DNA from: Octopus sinensis
Lineage: Eukaryota
Direction of reading: 5' to 3'
Assembly: GCF_006345805.1 (NCBI RefSeq)
Contig: NC_043003.1
Location: 97,030,001-97,094,000, forward strand
DNA: 64,000 bases
Position 1 is the first letter of the stretch; every line of letters starts with the position of its first letter. This document shows, piece by piece, positions 38,865 to 53,290 of the stretch. The notes below the pieces were generated by a model that ran no database searches, was not told the DNA's origin, and worked only from the letters and a program-made list of their open reading frames with translations. The position numbers and the translations under genes were made by a program.

Positions 38865-38960
38865 ATCTAATCTATCTATCTAATCTTTGTATTATATATA
38901 TATATATATATATTATTATATATATTATATATATTATATATTTGTATATATAAGATATAG

Positions 38961-39013
<53 letters not shown>

Positions 39014-39016
39014 TTT

Positions 39017-39056
<40 letters not shown>

Positions 39057-39696
39057 CAATATATATATATTATATATATATACATAGATATAAATATATA
39101 TATATATATATTTTGATCTTTGTATATATATATATGTATATCTATATATATATACATATATATGTATGTGCGTTGTGTTTTCTCTTTGTGTTTTCATGCT
39201 TGGATTAACTTTATGTAAACATACATACATGCAAGTATGCATGCATCCATGCATGCATGCATACATACATACACACACACACACATACGTACATACATAC
39301 ATACATACATACATACATACATACATACATACATACATACATGCAAAAACATTTATATATTATATTATATTATGTTTTATTACATTTTACAAGGAAAATG
39401 TCGACAGTGATTTCGAAATTTCAGACAGTCTAATGATGTCGAACAAACCAAAACTTCGAGGTTACTGCCAAACTTTTCCCTGCGAAATAAATTAATATGT
39501 ACTGTACGAAAAAGTATAATGTTCAATTATTTTTTTATATATAAGTTCACGTAAAAACAAACATGAAATATCGCGTGTGTTTGCGTGTATGTATGCATAT
39601 ATATGTGCGTGCGTTTGCATGTGTGCATTTATCTCTTCTTGTGTTAGTTTTGACTTTCCATGCCATCGCTTTATTCAAGTTTTAACGAACTATCTC

Positions 39697-39739
<43 letters not shown>

Positions 39740-39786
39740 CTCTCTCTCTCTATCTTTCTATCTATCTGTCCATATATCTATCTCTC

Positions 39787-39826
<40 letters not shown>

Positions 39827-39850
39827 TATATATATAATATATATACACAA

Positions 39851-39888
<38 letters not shown>

Positions 39889-40229
39889 GCGCACGAGTGT
39901 GTGTGAGTGTATGTGCGTGCGTGCGTGTGTGTGTGTCTGTATAATTATCAATATATAATTACTCATTTATTATCATTTTTTTAAATTAATATCTATTTCC
40001 CCTTTCCACTGATACATCTTACACGTCCTCACTTCTACTCTCTTTAAATCTACTTATAGGTAATGTACAGAAAATTTCTCGTTATTCTTCCTTTCACCAA
40101 TCGTATACGATTAAAAACGTAAACATATAAATGTTTTCGTCACCCAGTAATAATCTTGTTTTCAATCACTTCTCTGCGTTTAGCTTTGATGCTCCCATAG
40201 TTTATTGGACTTCGTTATTCTAATACGCT

Positions 40230-40700
40230 CTTCCCCAGGTAAGAGCCTGTCATATTAAAAAAGAAAAAAATAATAAGATACACAATGCCTACAAAAAAGA
40301 TAGGATGGTTGCAGTAAAAATGCTGTTGACCGAAGGTCTGATCAAACCCGGTTGACCTACAGCTCCAAAACACCAATAAATGGTTTCCATGTTCAATGTA
40401 AATGCTTCCGTTCATGAACGGGTCTTTCGAGCTTCACTTCTCGCTATACACTACTTATTCAATGTATTATATATGTTTAAAACATTCAACTACACATGCC
40501 TTCACCATCAATGACTTCGGTGTAAGCAATAAAACAGTAAAGGCAATGGAAATATGCCTTTTTGCCTATAAAATTTTGTTCTTTGTTGCTCAATCTTGAT
40601 CGACCAGAAATATGATCAACGCCACTTCCGTTTCTTTTTTTCTGCCCATCTAGGATTAACTTATCTTATGTTACCTTCCATTTTTAAGAAGGTAGGACGC
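40230..40700 (-). mobile_element. Possible pogo/Tigger N-terminal relic
   Basis: DGQKKETEVALIIF...TKNKIL resembles the CENP-B-type HTH. Later ..FFNMTGS resembles FNxDETG. Many stops. Confidence 0.3.
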
Positions 40701-40798
40701 GATTTATAAGTGATTTGATTGCAATGAATTGCAATTCGAGTGACCACATACTCTTCTCTATTTAGTCGTTGTCATGGTGATGCTCTGTACCATCCTAA

Positions 40799-40848
<50 letters not shown>

Positions 40849-41630
40849 ATATACATACATACATACATACATACATACATACATACATACATACATACAT
40901 ACATAGGTTCTAATTTCACACACTAATTTTGAAAATTCTGAAATTGTGAACCCGGTTACATAAATATAAATAAATAAATTGTCTTAAGTCTCCATGTGCA
41001 TTTTTCAAATGTGTATGTGTGCGTGTGCGCGGGGCTGAGGAGAAAGAGAGGGAGAGGGGGATATGGAAGTTATTCAGTAATGTCCATAAATCCAAATATT
41101 TTCTTTCGTTTCTAAAAGCTATTTCTACGAAGTCTTTCTACTGGTCGTAACATGTAGTGCCGACTTTGTTCCCTCGCCTTTCTAAAACTTAAAACCTGCT
41201 GATTACGAATTTACGAAGAAACATTTCTTGATAATAATATAATCATTGTAATACAATCTGTCATCGTAAAGAATGTTGTGAGCTAAAGAAAATAAACAAG
41301 AATATAGCATCAGTTCCCTTTCAACCCACATCACTAAAAGATCCCACTCTAAAATCGGTAGTAAACACTGGAAGTTCACTAGAATCAGTTTCACAAAACT
41401 GTACGCCCTGTCTACCTAAATATTTGCTGCCTTGGGTGCCAATGTAACAAGCCGAAATAATCTTAGCGGTAGGAATAAATATAAACCGTAGAATGTCTAA
41501 CTATAATGTCTTCCAGTATTTTGATAATTTTTTAAATTCTGATCTCAAAAACTGAAGAAATAACAATAATAACAGTAACAGTTTGACTGTCTCTCGCATA
41601 CACATACACACACACACACACACACAAACA

Positions 41631-41680
<50 letters not shown>

Positions 41681-41682
41681 TA

Positions 41683-41722
<40 letters not shown>

Positions 41723-42074
41723 TTCCTACATATTCTGAAATCAAATCCCATTGAGACTGACCGTACTTTTGATCTCTCGTTATATTAATAATACAGTGGA
41801 TTAATTCAATTGCCTTTACACCGTTCCTGCATACTGAGGTTAATATTTCATACCGCCAAAATTAGGAAAAGAAGTACCAGTCATGTACTGCAGTTAATAC
41901 ATCTTTACAGACGACCTAACTGGATTTGAATAGAATTGTTAGATTTCATCTAAATCTCACAGAATTGTTGAATTTCATCTATATCTCACTTTCACAACTC
42001 TTTAGCTTTTCCCATTACTCGTAGCTAAACCACAAAGAGAACATAATTTGTTGAAAGAAAGCCTCTGCATAGAT

Positions 42075-42632
42075 GCAAGCATGACTGTGTAGTTGAGAAG
42101 CCCGCTTTGCAGCCACGTTTCAGGTTCGATCCCACTACATGGCATCTTGGGCAAGTGAGTTCTAATATACCCCCGGATTGACCAATGTCTTGTGCGTGAA
42201 TTTGGCTGAAAGAAATTGTGGGGAAACTTGCGGTGTATGTGCTTGTGTGGGTGGGGAGGGTGTTTATGTTTCTGTGTTTATCCCACTTGACAACCGGTGC
42301 TAGTTTGTTCACAGCTCTGTAACTTAACGGTGCGGTAAAAGAGTCTGACAGAATACGTACCAGCATTAAAAGTCCTGGAATCGATCTGTTCGACTAATAG
42401 CCTTCAAAGTGTTGCCCCAATATGACCGCAGTCCAATGAGTGAAACAAGAAAAAGATAAAAGAAAAGATATGCGCAGGAGTGGCTGTGTGGTAAGTAGCT
42501 TGTTTACCAACCACATGGTTCCGGGTTCAGTCCCACTGCGTGGCACCTTGGGCAAGTGTCTTCTACTATAGCCTCGGGCCGACCAAAGCCTTGTGAGTGG
42601 ACGTGGTAGACGGAAACTGAAGGAAACCCATC

Positions 42633-42691
<59 letters not shown>

Positions 42692-42930
42692 GTGTGTGTG
42701 TGTGTGTGTGTGAGTTTGTATATCTGTGTTTGTCCCCTCCCCCCCAACATCGCTTGACAACCGATGCTGGTGTGTTTATGTCCCCGTCACTTAGCGGTTC
42801 GGCAAAGAGACCGATAGAATAAGTACTGGGCTTACAAAGAATAAGTCCCGGAGTCGAGCTGCTCGATTAAAGGCGGTGCTCCAGCATGGCCACAGTCAAA
42901 TGACTGAAACAAGTAAAAGAGTAAAAGAGA
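42075..42930 (+). mobile_element. Two tandem SINE family A copies (old 42075-42470, young 42472-42930)
   Basis: The second copy has head GCGCAGGAGTGGCTGTGTGGTAAG, internal (TA)n(TG)n and the full tail. The first is a diverged version. Confidence 0.9.
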
Positions 42931-42977
42931 AGATGGTGTTTTTACATGGTGATTTTAGCAGGAAATGTTACATTACT

Positions 42978-43340
42978 TAGCGAAAGTGCTACATTGAAAA
43001 CTGAGGGAAAAGTTGGAGCTAGAGAGAGGCAAGATGTGGTATGAGCACAAACTACAGAGAGTGGTAGAGTCGGAGACTAGTAAAATCCTCTGGGATTTCC
43101 TAAACGAAACAGATCAGGTGCTAGAGCATAACAGACCAGACCTAGTGGTGGTGGACAAAGTGCACCACATCTACTATATAGTTAACGTTGCATGCCCCTT
43201 TGACCCACGAATAGTCAAGAAGGAAGGCGAAAAGATTGAGAGATATAACTCTCTTAAGTACGAAAGAGCCCGGCTATGGAAAATGAAGAAGGTAAAGATA
43301 GTTCCGATTATTGTTGGATCCTTTGGAACAGTATCAAAAG
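42978..43340 (+). mobile_element. Dong REL fragment, inverted duplicate of 44170-44533
   Basis: ORF 43013..43408 encodes WYEH..KILWDF..HNRPDLVV..KYERARLWK. About 14 differences in ~363 nt versus the minus-strand copy. Confidence 0.9.
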
Positions 43341-43954
43341 CTATGTGTATATATTTATATAGTTACTGTAGGCAGGTGGCATCTCAAAATTCAATGAAAA
43401 GAAACTAAAGAGATTTCCATTCCTGGTTGCTCCACATTTGAACCGAGATAAATTTTCAGTATACTTCAAGAAATAACAGTCAAGTCTCCATCAGATTACA
43501 CCTTATCGTGTTAAAAATGGAATGACTCAAATAAATTTGTAGTATTAAATACACTAAGTCCGGAAAAAGGTAAGTTTGTCAAGACAGGAATGCCTTCCAT
43601 CAAAGGCAGGCTCAGCAACTATATCGAGTATTTTATTCTTTTATTGCTATATAGTCTGTACGATTAAGTACATTAGAACTAAGATTAAAATTGCAGTAAT
43701 GCAGTTTAACATACATACAAATCATATGCATCGACATATGTCATTAATCGTTAGCACGCAGAGTGAAATGCTCAGAGGCATTTCATCCGTCTTAACGTTC
43801 TGAGTTCAAATTCTGCCTTTCATACTAAGGTCGATATAATCAACTCATTCCTTCTCCCCAAATTTCAGGATTTATGCCTTCAGTAGAAAGGTTTATTATT
43901 ATTATTATTATTATTATTATTGTTGTTGTTGTTGCTGTTGTTGTTGTTGTTATT

Positions 43955-45335
43955 ATTATTATTATCTCTTTATCACAAATTTTGTTGGAACTCCTGGGGT
44001 GTTGCATGCGTAGCGGGCTTACTACCTGCAGCCTACGGTACCATGCTATTCGCTCTTTACAGCTATTTAATTACTTTCCTGATTATTCTGGTCGTGCCAA
44101 GGAGGCAAACCTTTTGTAACAGTTCTACTGGGTACTTTAGCCCAATTTCCTTTATATTCCTCTTAATGCCTTCTGATACTGTTCCAAAGGATCCAACAAT
44201 AATCGGCACTATCTTTACCTTCTTCATTTTCCATAGCCGGGCTCTTTCGTACTTAAGAGAGTTGTATCTCTCAATCTTTTCGCCTTCCTTCTTGGCTATT
44301 CGTGGGTCAAAGGGGGCATGCAACGTTAACTATATAGTAGATGTGGTGCACTTTGTCCTCCACCACTAGGTTTGGTCTGTTATGCTCTAGCACCTGATCT
44401 GTTTCGATTAGGAAATCCCAGAGGATTATACTAGTTTCCGACTCTACCACTCTCTGTGGTTTGTGCTCATACCACTTCTTGCCTCTCTCTAGCCCCAACT
44501 TTTCCCACACTTTTCAATGTAGCACTTTCGCTACCTGGCCGTGTTCTCACAACTTGTAGAGGTTTTGGGCAAATCTAGGACATTCGCTTGTGTTATGGGG
44601 CAGTCGTTTCATCCACTCTATTGCAGATGCGGTACAGCTCATTTTTCAGGTTGACCCTTCAGTTCGTGGCCAGAGCTTGGTCCTGCGCTGTCAGTATAAT
44701 GCTCTCGGTCTCTTTTTTTAGGGTTCCTTTCAGTCCCACCTATTTTCTCTAGCAACTTCTGCTGTGGCGACATGGAATTGGTTGTGTTGTCCCTTCTTGC
44801 GTAATTCTTCGTGTCCTTTTTGTATTTCTTCCTTTGTTTTCCCGTTCTCTCTTCTCTCAATACTCCCTCGTTCCTAACTGTCAATAGCAAGGTTTCCTTA
44901 CTTTGGTCTAGATATCTCATTAAACTCTTAAGTTCGATACGCACGCAGTCTCTATGCATCGTTAAGAGCTTTCTTGACTCCCTTTCTATCTCCTTTAGCT
45001 TCTCCCCAGTCCACTTTAGGATTCCAGCACCATACTAAACTACTGCTACTGCGCGCGAGTTTATTGCCGAAATTTATGTTTCTGGCATTCAGCTTTGAAG
45101 CCAACATTTTTCTTACTCGCCGCAGGTACCCCCTTTTTGTCTTTTCCTCCATGTCATGATGTTTGATTCCATCTGCCCAAGCATCCCCAGGTATTTATAG
45201 CTGGACTGTAGTTGAATTGCCTTCATCATTTCACCACTTGGCAACCATATGCCTTCTGTCCTGGCAAGTTTTCCTCGTCTCATCACCATCGTAGTACATT
45301 TTGAAAGTCCAAACTCCATCTTAATATCATCCTTA
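43955..45335 (-). mobile_element. R4/Dong-type LINE, 5'-truncated and frameshifted
   Basis: MEFGLSKC..KYLG, YLRRVRKML.SKLN, REL motifs and LQKVCLLGTTRIIRKV. Both ends are in (TAA)n on the sense strand. Confidence 0.9.
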
Positions 45336-45344
45336 TTATTATTA

Positions 45345-45438
<94 letters not shown>

Positions 45439-45689
45439 ATTATTCATCTCCTCCAATTTCTTCTTCTTCAATTTCATTGTTTTTGTCTTCACCTGGCTGA
45501 TACCAAGATGCGTTTTACCACTCCGTGTCATGAATTCCTGCTTCTTATTACCGTTGATAGATCCTCAATTTCATAGTCTTAGTCTCTGCTGCTTAAATAT
45601 AACAACTGATATGGCCTGGTGATCATCAAGGTAAACGTATCCATCAAAGCCGATTCTGCACATTGTGCAACTACAGTAGAGCTGGACAG

Positions 45690-47390
45690 AATGTTTATAA
45701 ATCCCACTTTGGTCTTGCACTCGCGCACGGGATGCTTTGCGCCCATATGAGAAGCCTCGTGCAGATACCATTAAAGCGATCTTGAAGCTTCTTTTCCATT
45801 GTCTAGATTTCGGCGCCATAGAGAGGAATGCTTTCTACAAAAGCTCTCTGGAAGGCAAGACTTGCTGACTTGGAAATAGTTGGTTACAATACGTTTGGAA
45901 ACTTTTTACAGAGACAATAATTTTGTTCCTTGCATTTTGGAAGCCTGTCTAACTTTAGGCATCATAAGACCCAAATTATTTGCAGTTACCGATGTTCTTG
46001 AGTTAAGTTTCATCTCTAGAAGAAATTGGCAGGTAGCTTTCATCCTAACCTGATGGCCATGGACTCCGTCATCTTCGCATTGAGCAACAGACAGACTTTA
46101 GCTACGGCATACTCAAAGGATATTTACAAGTCCTGCTTATCCCACAGTTACTGAGCTATGCGGGCAAGATTATCAGCATATAGGTTCTGCTGACATCTCG
46201 ATCACATTTACTTGATAATGAGGTTCTTATCTTGGACGGTGTCATGACTTTGCCTAAGGATTTAGTCCACAGCAATTACAAAGGGAAAAGAAGATAGGAT
46301 ATTTCCATGAAGGATGACTGTTGTTAGAATATCGTTAACTGGACTATCTTTGCTTTGCACAAGCCTGTATTTGCCAACCTCATACAAGATATCGTTGTCT
46401 ACAAAATTTGTAAAATGACTCTTCTGTTGACACTATCGAATGCTTTGTGGAAATTTAACAATACCAATAAATGTTTACTGTATCTATGAAGTTCTGTGAA
46501 CAGAGATCAGCAGCTGTGTTGATCTGCCCTTCTATAAGATTTTTTGGTTCCATTATAAAATGAGATTAATAGGAGATATTTTAGAGCATATGTGAAAGTG
46601 TAATTTCTCTGTAGTTCTGCAACAGGTGAAGAGTAACTTACTTCAGAAATTGAATAACTAAAGGCTTTGAGAAAGCTGTTGGTCTATTTCCATTATAGAT
46701 TTCTTCAAAGAAGTCTTACAGACGTTTGTGGAAGGATGACTCTTCTTTATGATGGATGGGATGTTATTTGGAGCTGGGGGAGTTTCAGTTTCTTAAGATT
46801 TTTAGTCATACTTCCAGTTCCGTGATGAAACGGGTTTCACTAGATCGACAGACAATCTGCTATTTTGATATCAAAGATAGGATCTTGGTTAAGTTTGGTG
46901 TTGCATAGCTTTTCATCGGATTCCCTCACAATATAAATAAGTTAGGGAGCTTACTTGTTGCTATAAGTTCACTCGGAGCTACCCAGTCAGCTAGTTTTCT
47001 TTGTAGAAAGTTAATCGAGTTTTACAGTTGCAGACTTGCGTTCTTCTAGTGCCTCATTGCACCTCTTATCAACTGCAACACTAGCTGAATTGAAGTTATT
47101 TTAAATACGCTAGTTTCTGTGCAACTTTCTTCAGATTCTTTCTAGCCTTTGTTACCTTATCATTTGAGGCAAAGGTTTGTGTCTTTTTTTCACTACCATA
47201 GGATAAATTTCAGTGTTATGTGTTTGTTGTTAATGATTTGGATATTATATACTGTACTGCCTGTCATTCAGAGTGATGTACTTCTTAAGCCTGCATATAG
47301 AGTTATGAAGGTGTTATGTACAGAAAAGGTAAGCTCTTTGTATAGGTTAACATCATCGTCTACTTTTTCTTAGTCGATTTGTTTTATAGA
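45690..47390 (-). mobile_element. RTE-clade LINE relic (RT and thumb)
   Basis: Manual minus-strand reading: NYREITL, NFHKAFDSVNR, LHGNILS, YADNLA, FVESIPLYGAE, RFNGICTRLL. Confidence 0.75.
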
Positions 47391-48926
47391 ATCTCTTGCT
47401 GGTAACTAACTAGTTGCTGTGGTAACTTACTTGGCATTTGCGTGAAAAGATCTGAGGTCAGATTTAATACATTCTACTGGACCGCGTAGAAACCAGCGGT
47501 GAACACCATTAATGATTCACGTGTAGCTACAATACACACTCACACGCAGACGACCACGCGCGCGAACACACGTGCTCACAGACACACACACACACACGCA
47601 CACACACACATACACACACACATATAAATACATATGCACATATGTGTGTGTATAGATAGGTAGATTGTTATGAATGCATATGTGTGCACACGCATGGGAG
47701 AGCATTTCTGTCAGTCACGTTATATTAAAATAATGACCATATTCAAGTTTGATCATATTTTTTTATTAAATATTTTTCATATTGTGAAAGCCCCATGACT
47801 TAGAAATATTAATAGAAATTTCTAAAATTCAGAATAAAGATTTTAATAAATATAAGATTGTTAAGCTTCTTAACAATGACATTAGGGGTTTCTCACCTTT
47901 CTATGGTCTACGCCCTTAGGAAATGCTTGGTTGTTTTCTTGTCCAATCTCCTGCAAAGGTAATATCACATATGAATGTGAGAAATTCAATTTTCTAACAA
48001 TTATTTTTTATTTTCTACTTTCTTAACCCCATTCAATACTGAAGGTGAATGAATTGAAGTGAAAAAAATAAGCTTTTGACTCGGAGAATAAATACAAGTG
48101 AAAACTGAGCGATTAAAAAAGTGTAAACAGTGAAATTAATCCCAATTGTGAATATTCAATGATTTCTTTGTTCTATCTTCTCATTCATAACTTAATGAAA
48201 ACAGAGTTTTCTTGCTGATTGTGATCCACAGTTCTGCCCATGAACTAAAGTGATTCCTAGATTCTGTCTTTATTGATAAAAGAGGACTGAATCTAAGCCA
48301 AAACAAGTATGTCATGGCAAACCGAAATGAGGTCGCAGTTCTTGGTTATAATCACTTAAAACTATACATGTAGAATAATGAAATTTTTGGTGTACTTAAT
48401 AGATTTAAGTTGTTTTTAAAAGTTGATTAATTTTATTCTGAAAAATAATTTTAATAAAACATATACGTTCCCTCCTTGTCGTACACTTGAAATTATATCT
48501 CGCATCTGGAAAGGACACTTGCAGCCTGGATCTTGCGTCATGTATCCTTGCGTAAGCAATAATTTAAAGGTTAGTCCACATGCCCAGTCAACATTTCCCT
48601 TTGTGTCACCGTGGCTCACTGCGTCCGTAGACAATACACAGAAATGTCCTCGCTCCAACTCCTTTAGTTGTATGCAAGTACCAAGCGAAAGTAAAAACAT
48701 GTTGCTAAAATCAGCGGAAGCGCTATATAATCAAAGTGTAATTCGTCAGCCATCAATGTTCTATTGAATTCTTATTGACAGCAAAACATGAGGCATGAAG
48801 CCTAAACTATTCGTGGAATTTCTTGATAAATAAAATTCTTGATAATTTCACGAGCAGGCTGTTCCGTTGATTCGGATCAACCGGAACCCTCATCGTCGTA
48901 AACGACGGAGTGCTTCTCCCCCCCCC

Positions 48927-48960
<34 letters not shown>

Positions 48961-48967
<7 letters not shown>

Positions 48968-49066
48968 CACATATATATATGTGTATGTATTTATGTATGT
49001 ATGTATGTATATGTATGTATATGTATGTATGTTTGCATCAATGCATATACACGCACACATTATTTG

Positions 49067-49109
<43 letters not shown>

Positions 49110-49220
49110 TATATATACATACACATATATATATGTGTATGTATTTATGTATGTATGTATGTATATGTATGTATATGTATGTATGTTTGCATCAATGCAT
49201 ATACACGCACACATTATTTG

Positions 49221-49270
<50 letters not shown>
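48961..49270. repeat. 154-bp tandem duplication of a compound microsatellite
   Basis: GTTTGCATCAATGC occurs at 49031 and 49185. Confidence 0.85.
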
Positions 49271-49272
<2 letters not shown>

Positions 49273-49329
49273 CATACACCAAAGAAGCAGATGTTTTTAT
49301 GCACATATTGAAAGCACGATTGCGTTCTA

Positions 49330-51470
49330 GTTTCATTGTCTTATATCAGTGTTTTCTCCGTAGAACAGTAAAATTCCCACATTCATCATCAACATTTCTC
49401 GACCAAACTAACTTCTGTAGCTTCCTCTTTGGGATTAAGGGACGTAGTTGTGTATTTCTGTCATTTTATAGTATGCCAGGTCAATGCAATTGTTGTAGTC
49501 ATTCCCAATGAAATTGGAATTGTTGGTTTCACACAGCAAGTATCCTATACCCAAGACCATAGAGTCGTCCACTCATAGTTTTACTGATGTTATTCAGAGA
49601 AAAATAAAGGGCTTAAAATATGTGGCAAAACTTACCCCGAAAACAAAACTGGTGGCATTTACCCAGCAACAGGATATTTGTATGAACATTATAAGAACAA
49701 CGAAGTTGACTCCAAGAACCGAATTGCGCTCAAGTTATACCACATTCCAAATTGCAGTCGATATTTTTGATCTCATGCCAAAAAGATTTGCATCAACTTT
49801 GCAATTCCTCTTCCTCCTCTTCCCAACAGTGTAGGTTCCATAAGTATCAGTCCGTAGAGAAACCCTACAACTTTATTGTCAACTTTGCAGCCAACTCTAA
49901 ACTGCATATGCTTAGCAAACCACCAGTCCTATCCCCTTTCAACCCCTTCCCCAAGTTCTACACTTTGCATTCACACACAACACATGTAAAAGTATATATG
50001 TTATTTCAAATTAACGAAGCAAATGCTCCTGACAGTCTCCCTTCTATTATTCTCAAGCATTGTGCCATACAGCCCTTTAAACATGAAACTTGTCAATCTC
50101 TCCCTTTCAATGGGATCTATTTTTATCTTGGAGAATCTCACTCAATAATGAGTTCCATCCCTAAGAAAGAGAACCTCTCTCACCCTGCCGACTGTGACCC
50201 TATTAAAATCTCTAAAATCTAAAATTCTAAAATCTCTAAGGTAATGGAGACAGTCATTAATAACGATACACTCCAACACATCCAATCTCTTCTACTTTAA
50301 TGGCCACCGTTATGGTTTCCGAAAAGCCAGATCCAGCGTCACCTATCAGTAGGCTCTTACCTCGAAAGAATTTTATGAAAACAATGTTGTCACCAACATC
50401 AGCAAAGATTTCGATCATGTCTGGCATGCGTGTTTCCTTTCGAAGCTTTCTATCTATGGGCTCCGCCCATGTTTTATATTTTATATCAGTAGCTTCCCAT
50501 CAAATCGCACTGTGAGTTGACGGAGTCCTTTTTCTTCCTCCTTTTAACAACTCCGCCGTTCCGCAAAGTTCGGTTGTACCCAAGTACATACGTACTTTTT
50601 TTCTCTATATCAATGACTTGCCATTACATCTAACAACATCAACTCTTACGCAGATGACGCTACCTTTCATTCCTCCCTGACACTCTCTAACCATGCATTA
50701 GTCACCCATAATCTGGACACCACACTCCAAACAAATACTAACTGCATGAACAGAAACCTCAAAAGCATCCCCCAATGACCATATGCCAATCTTGTCTTTT
50801 CCGAAAAGAAAATGATTACGCTACCCATATCAAGAAAGCACGCTATGCACTTCACGAGGAGAAGCACTCAGCTAGTGCCTTCAAAATCGCTCCAAATGCT
50901 GGAGCTCATTAATAGCTAAGACCTTCGAAGGCGAACGGACATCATTAAAATAATTAGGTTCGCATCCAAACGGCTGACACCTCTTCAAAGCCAGAAGACA
51001 CTTCATCCCTCAACAACGATTGATATTCTACAAAGCCTAGCTAAGATCCAAACTTAGATTCCGAAGGTGCTACTGATGCCTATAGACATCCTGTACTGCA
51101 AACTGGAAAAGGTCAACATACAATCACCCACAGACATTCTCTGTCTTCTGACTCAAATGTGTGCTAACTCCTCTCTCTGTCTTTTTTTTTTACCATTACT
51201 GTAACGGCTTCTTTAGTCTGGTTGGTCTCATGCCATCTCAACTCATATATTCCGCTCCCAGTAATCTCTCCTTTTTCCATCACTTTTCTCATGTTCAGCG
51301 CCATCCAATTCTCCATACTAATCACTACGCCCAATCCTTCTTTCTCAGAATTTCCTGTGGAATTCCTTCTCTATTCATGTCTTGCATGTGTTAACTTACA
51401 AAGGTTCAACAGCATCATCAAAAGCATTAATTTCAATGTATTGCCTTTCCCTTTAGACTCAACAAGTAAA
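49330..51470 (+). mobile_element. Degenerate CR1/L2-group LINE ORF2
   Basis: APDSLPSIILKHC, IPKKEN..P.DCDPI, SKDFDHVWH, VPQSSV..LYINDL...NSYADDAT, and a C-terminal FYHYCNG...SFF.R pattern. Confidence 0.75.
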
Positions 51471-52233
51471 AAGCAGATGTGGTCTGTATAATTCAATACG
51501 CATGGTGCCTGATGTACTTGTCGCCTTTTATTTGTGTGGATATTGAACCGTAACTTGATCTGTTTGTTCGACTAACCATTAGACGTTTGGTTTATTTTGT
51601 GACTTAATGTTTATTTTATATTACAGATTTCTGTTATTTTGTGTAGAAGAATCTTAACGCTTTTCTAAAACGATATTTATCATTGACATTTTGTATCTTG
51701 TGTAGACATTCGCTGCTTCCATGTAATTATATCAGTATATGTGTAAATAGACGTGATGTACTTGTTTTGTTGTAAATGAATTATTATGTCTAGAAAGGAA
51801 CTCCTTGTTTTGCCAGGAGTCTTATTTGTAATGTGAGAAATTTTATTTGTACCGTTCTAGATACCATATGATATACGTGTACTCGTTTTGTATAACATAA
51901 ATGTATACTAAGTTAAGTGTCAACAGATCCCGGCTTCCATTTAAACAACGGCTACATTGATCATCAGTGATATTTCTACATTAAACCATACTAAACCAGC
52001 AGTATGATATGCAAACACAATATGTAGAGCATGAACAAAAATTTCAGTTCAATTTTTTGCTATCCTTCATGGATCGGCAACAAACGTCTCAGAGTAACGA
52101 GCTGTGGGTATTTCAAATAACCCACTGAAGAATATCACTGGTTTCAGTATTTCACTAAACTTACTCCTTTGTGCTTAAATGTATGTGTGTGTGTATGTAT
52201 GTATGTATGTATGTATTGTATATATATATTATG

Positions 52234-52264
<31 letters not shown>

Positions 52265-52322
52265 ATGTGTGTATGAAAGTGTGTGTGTGCATGTGTGTGT
52301 GTGCGTGTGTGTGTATTATGTA

Positions 52323-52389
<67 letters not shown>

Positions 52390-52463
52390 TCATATATGTA
52401 TATATGTGTTTACGTGTATGTGTGTTTGTGAAAGCATCGTATTTTTGCATCATTTAATAAAGA

Positions 52464-52529
<66 letters not shown>

Positions 52530-52562
52530 GTTATTATTATAATTACTAATATTATTATTATT

Positions 52563-53055
52563 GAGTGAGTGAGAGGCAAGTGCATGCCATAAAGGGACGC
52601 TGAGGTGCAAATTTACGAAGCCCTCTTTACCATCACGACTATTCGTCCATAAGTGCGTGACATGGTGATCTCATTTCAAGAAAAACAGCGCTTGACCTTG
52701 CAGGTGGGACCCAGTTAGAATTTTTCTTCAGGTTGAGTAGCCCATTCCACACAAAAGGTCCCCGAATAAGGATTATTTAAGGATGATGAACGAAATATTC
52801 ATGCTTCCTGGGTTGAATTATTCAAACCCCATAGAATTCCTCTCAAAACATGACTTTGATTTTCCCCCACTACTCCTGCTCGTGATCAGAGATGCACATG
52901 TCAGCCACTAAGGGACATGTTCAACTGGTTAAGGCCGAGCAAATGACAAACAAATATATGGTATTGAGTAGAATATTTACAGTAGCCCATCTGTTACACC
53001 AAGACAAAACATGTACATGAAAGCACTTCCAATCAGTTAAGGCCGGCAACCATAA
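52563..53055 (-). mobile_element. Family X, copy 4 (older, minus strand)
   Basis: Reverse complement of copies 1-3. Its 3' end GAGTGAGTGAGAG abuts (TTA)n on the plus strand. Confidence 0.8.
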
Positions 53056-53089
53056 GATCCACTGTCTCGTATAGCATCAGTCCATTTAG

Positions 53090-53290
53090 AGAATCGTTAG
53101 CACGCTAGGCAAAATACTTAGCGGCATTCCGTCCATCTTTACGTTCTGAGTTCAAATTCTGCGAGGTCGATTTTGCCTTTGATCTCTTTTGGGGTTGATA
53201 AAATATATACCAGTTGAGCATTAGGGTCGATATAATCGACTTACCTCCTGCCCCCGAAATTGTCGGCCTTATGCCAAAATTTGAAGCCAA
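53090..53290 (+). mobile_element. SINE family B
   Basis: GTTAGCACGC..GTTCTGAGTTCAAATTC..GGTCGA.. Confidence 0.75.

Noticed and set aside
48416-48767. Overlapping non-repetitive ORFs as a host exon or mariner fragment
   Set aside because: No recognisable domain or convincing splice pair. Only a weak MPHVL similarity to mariner.
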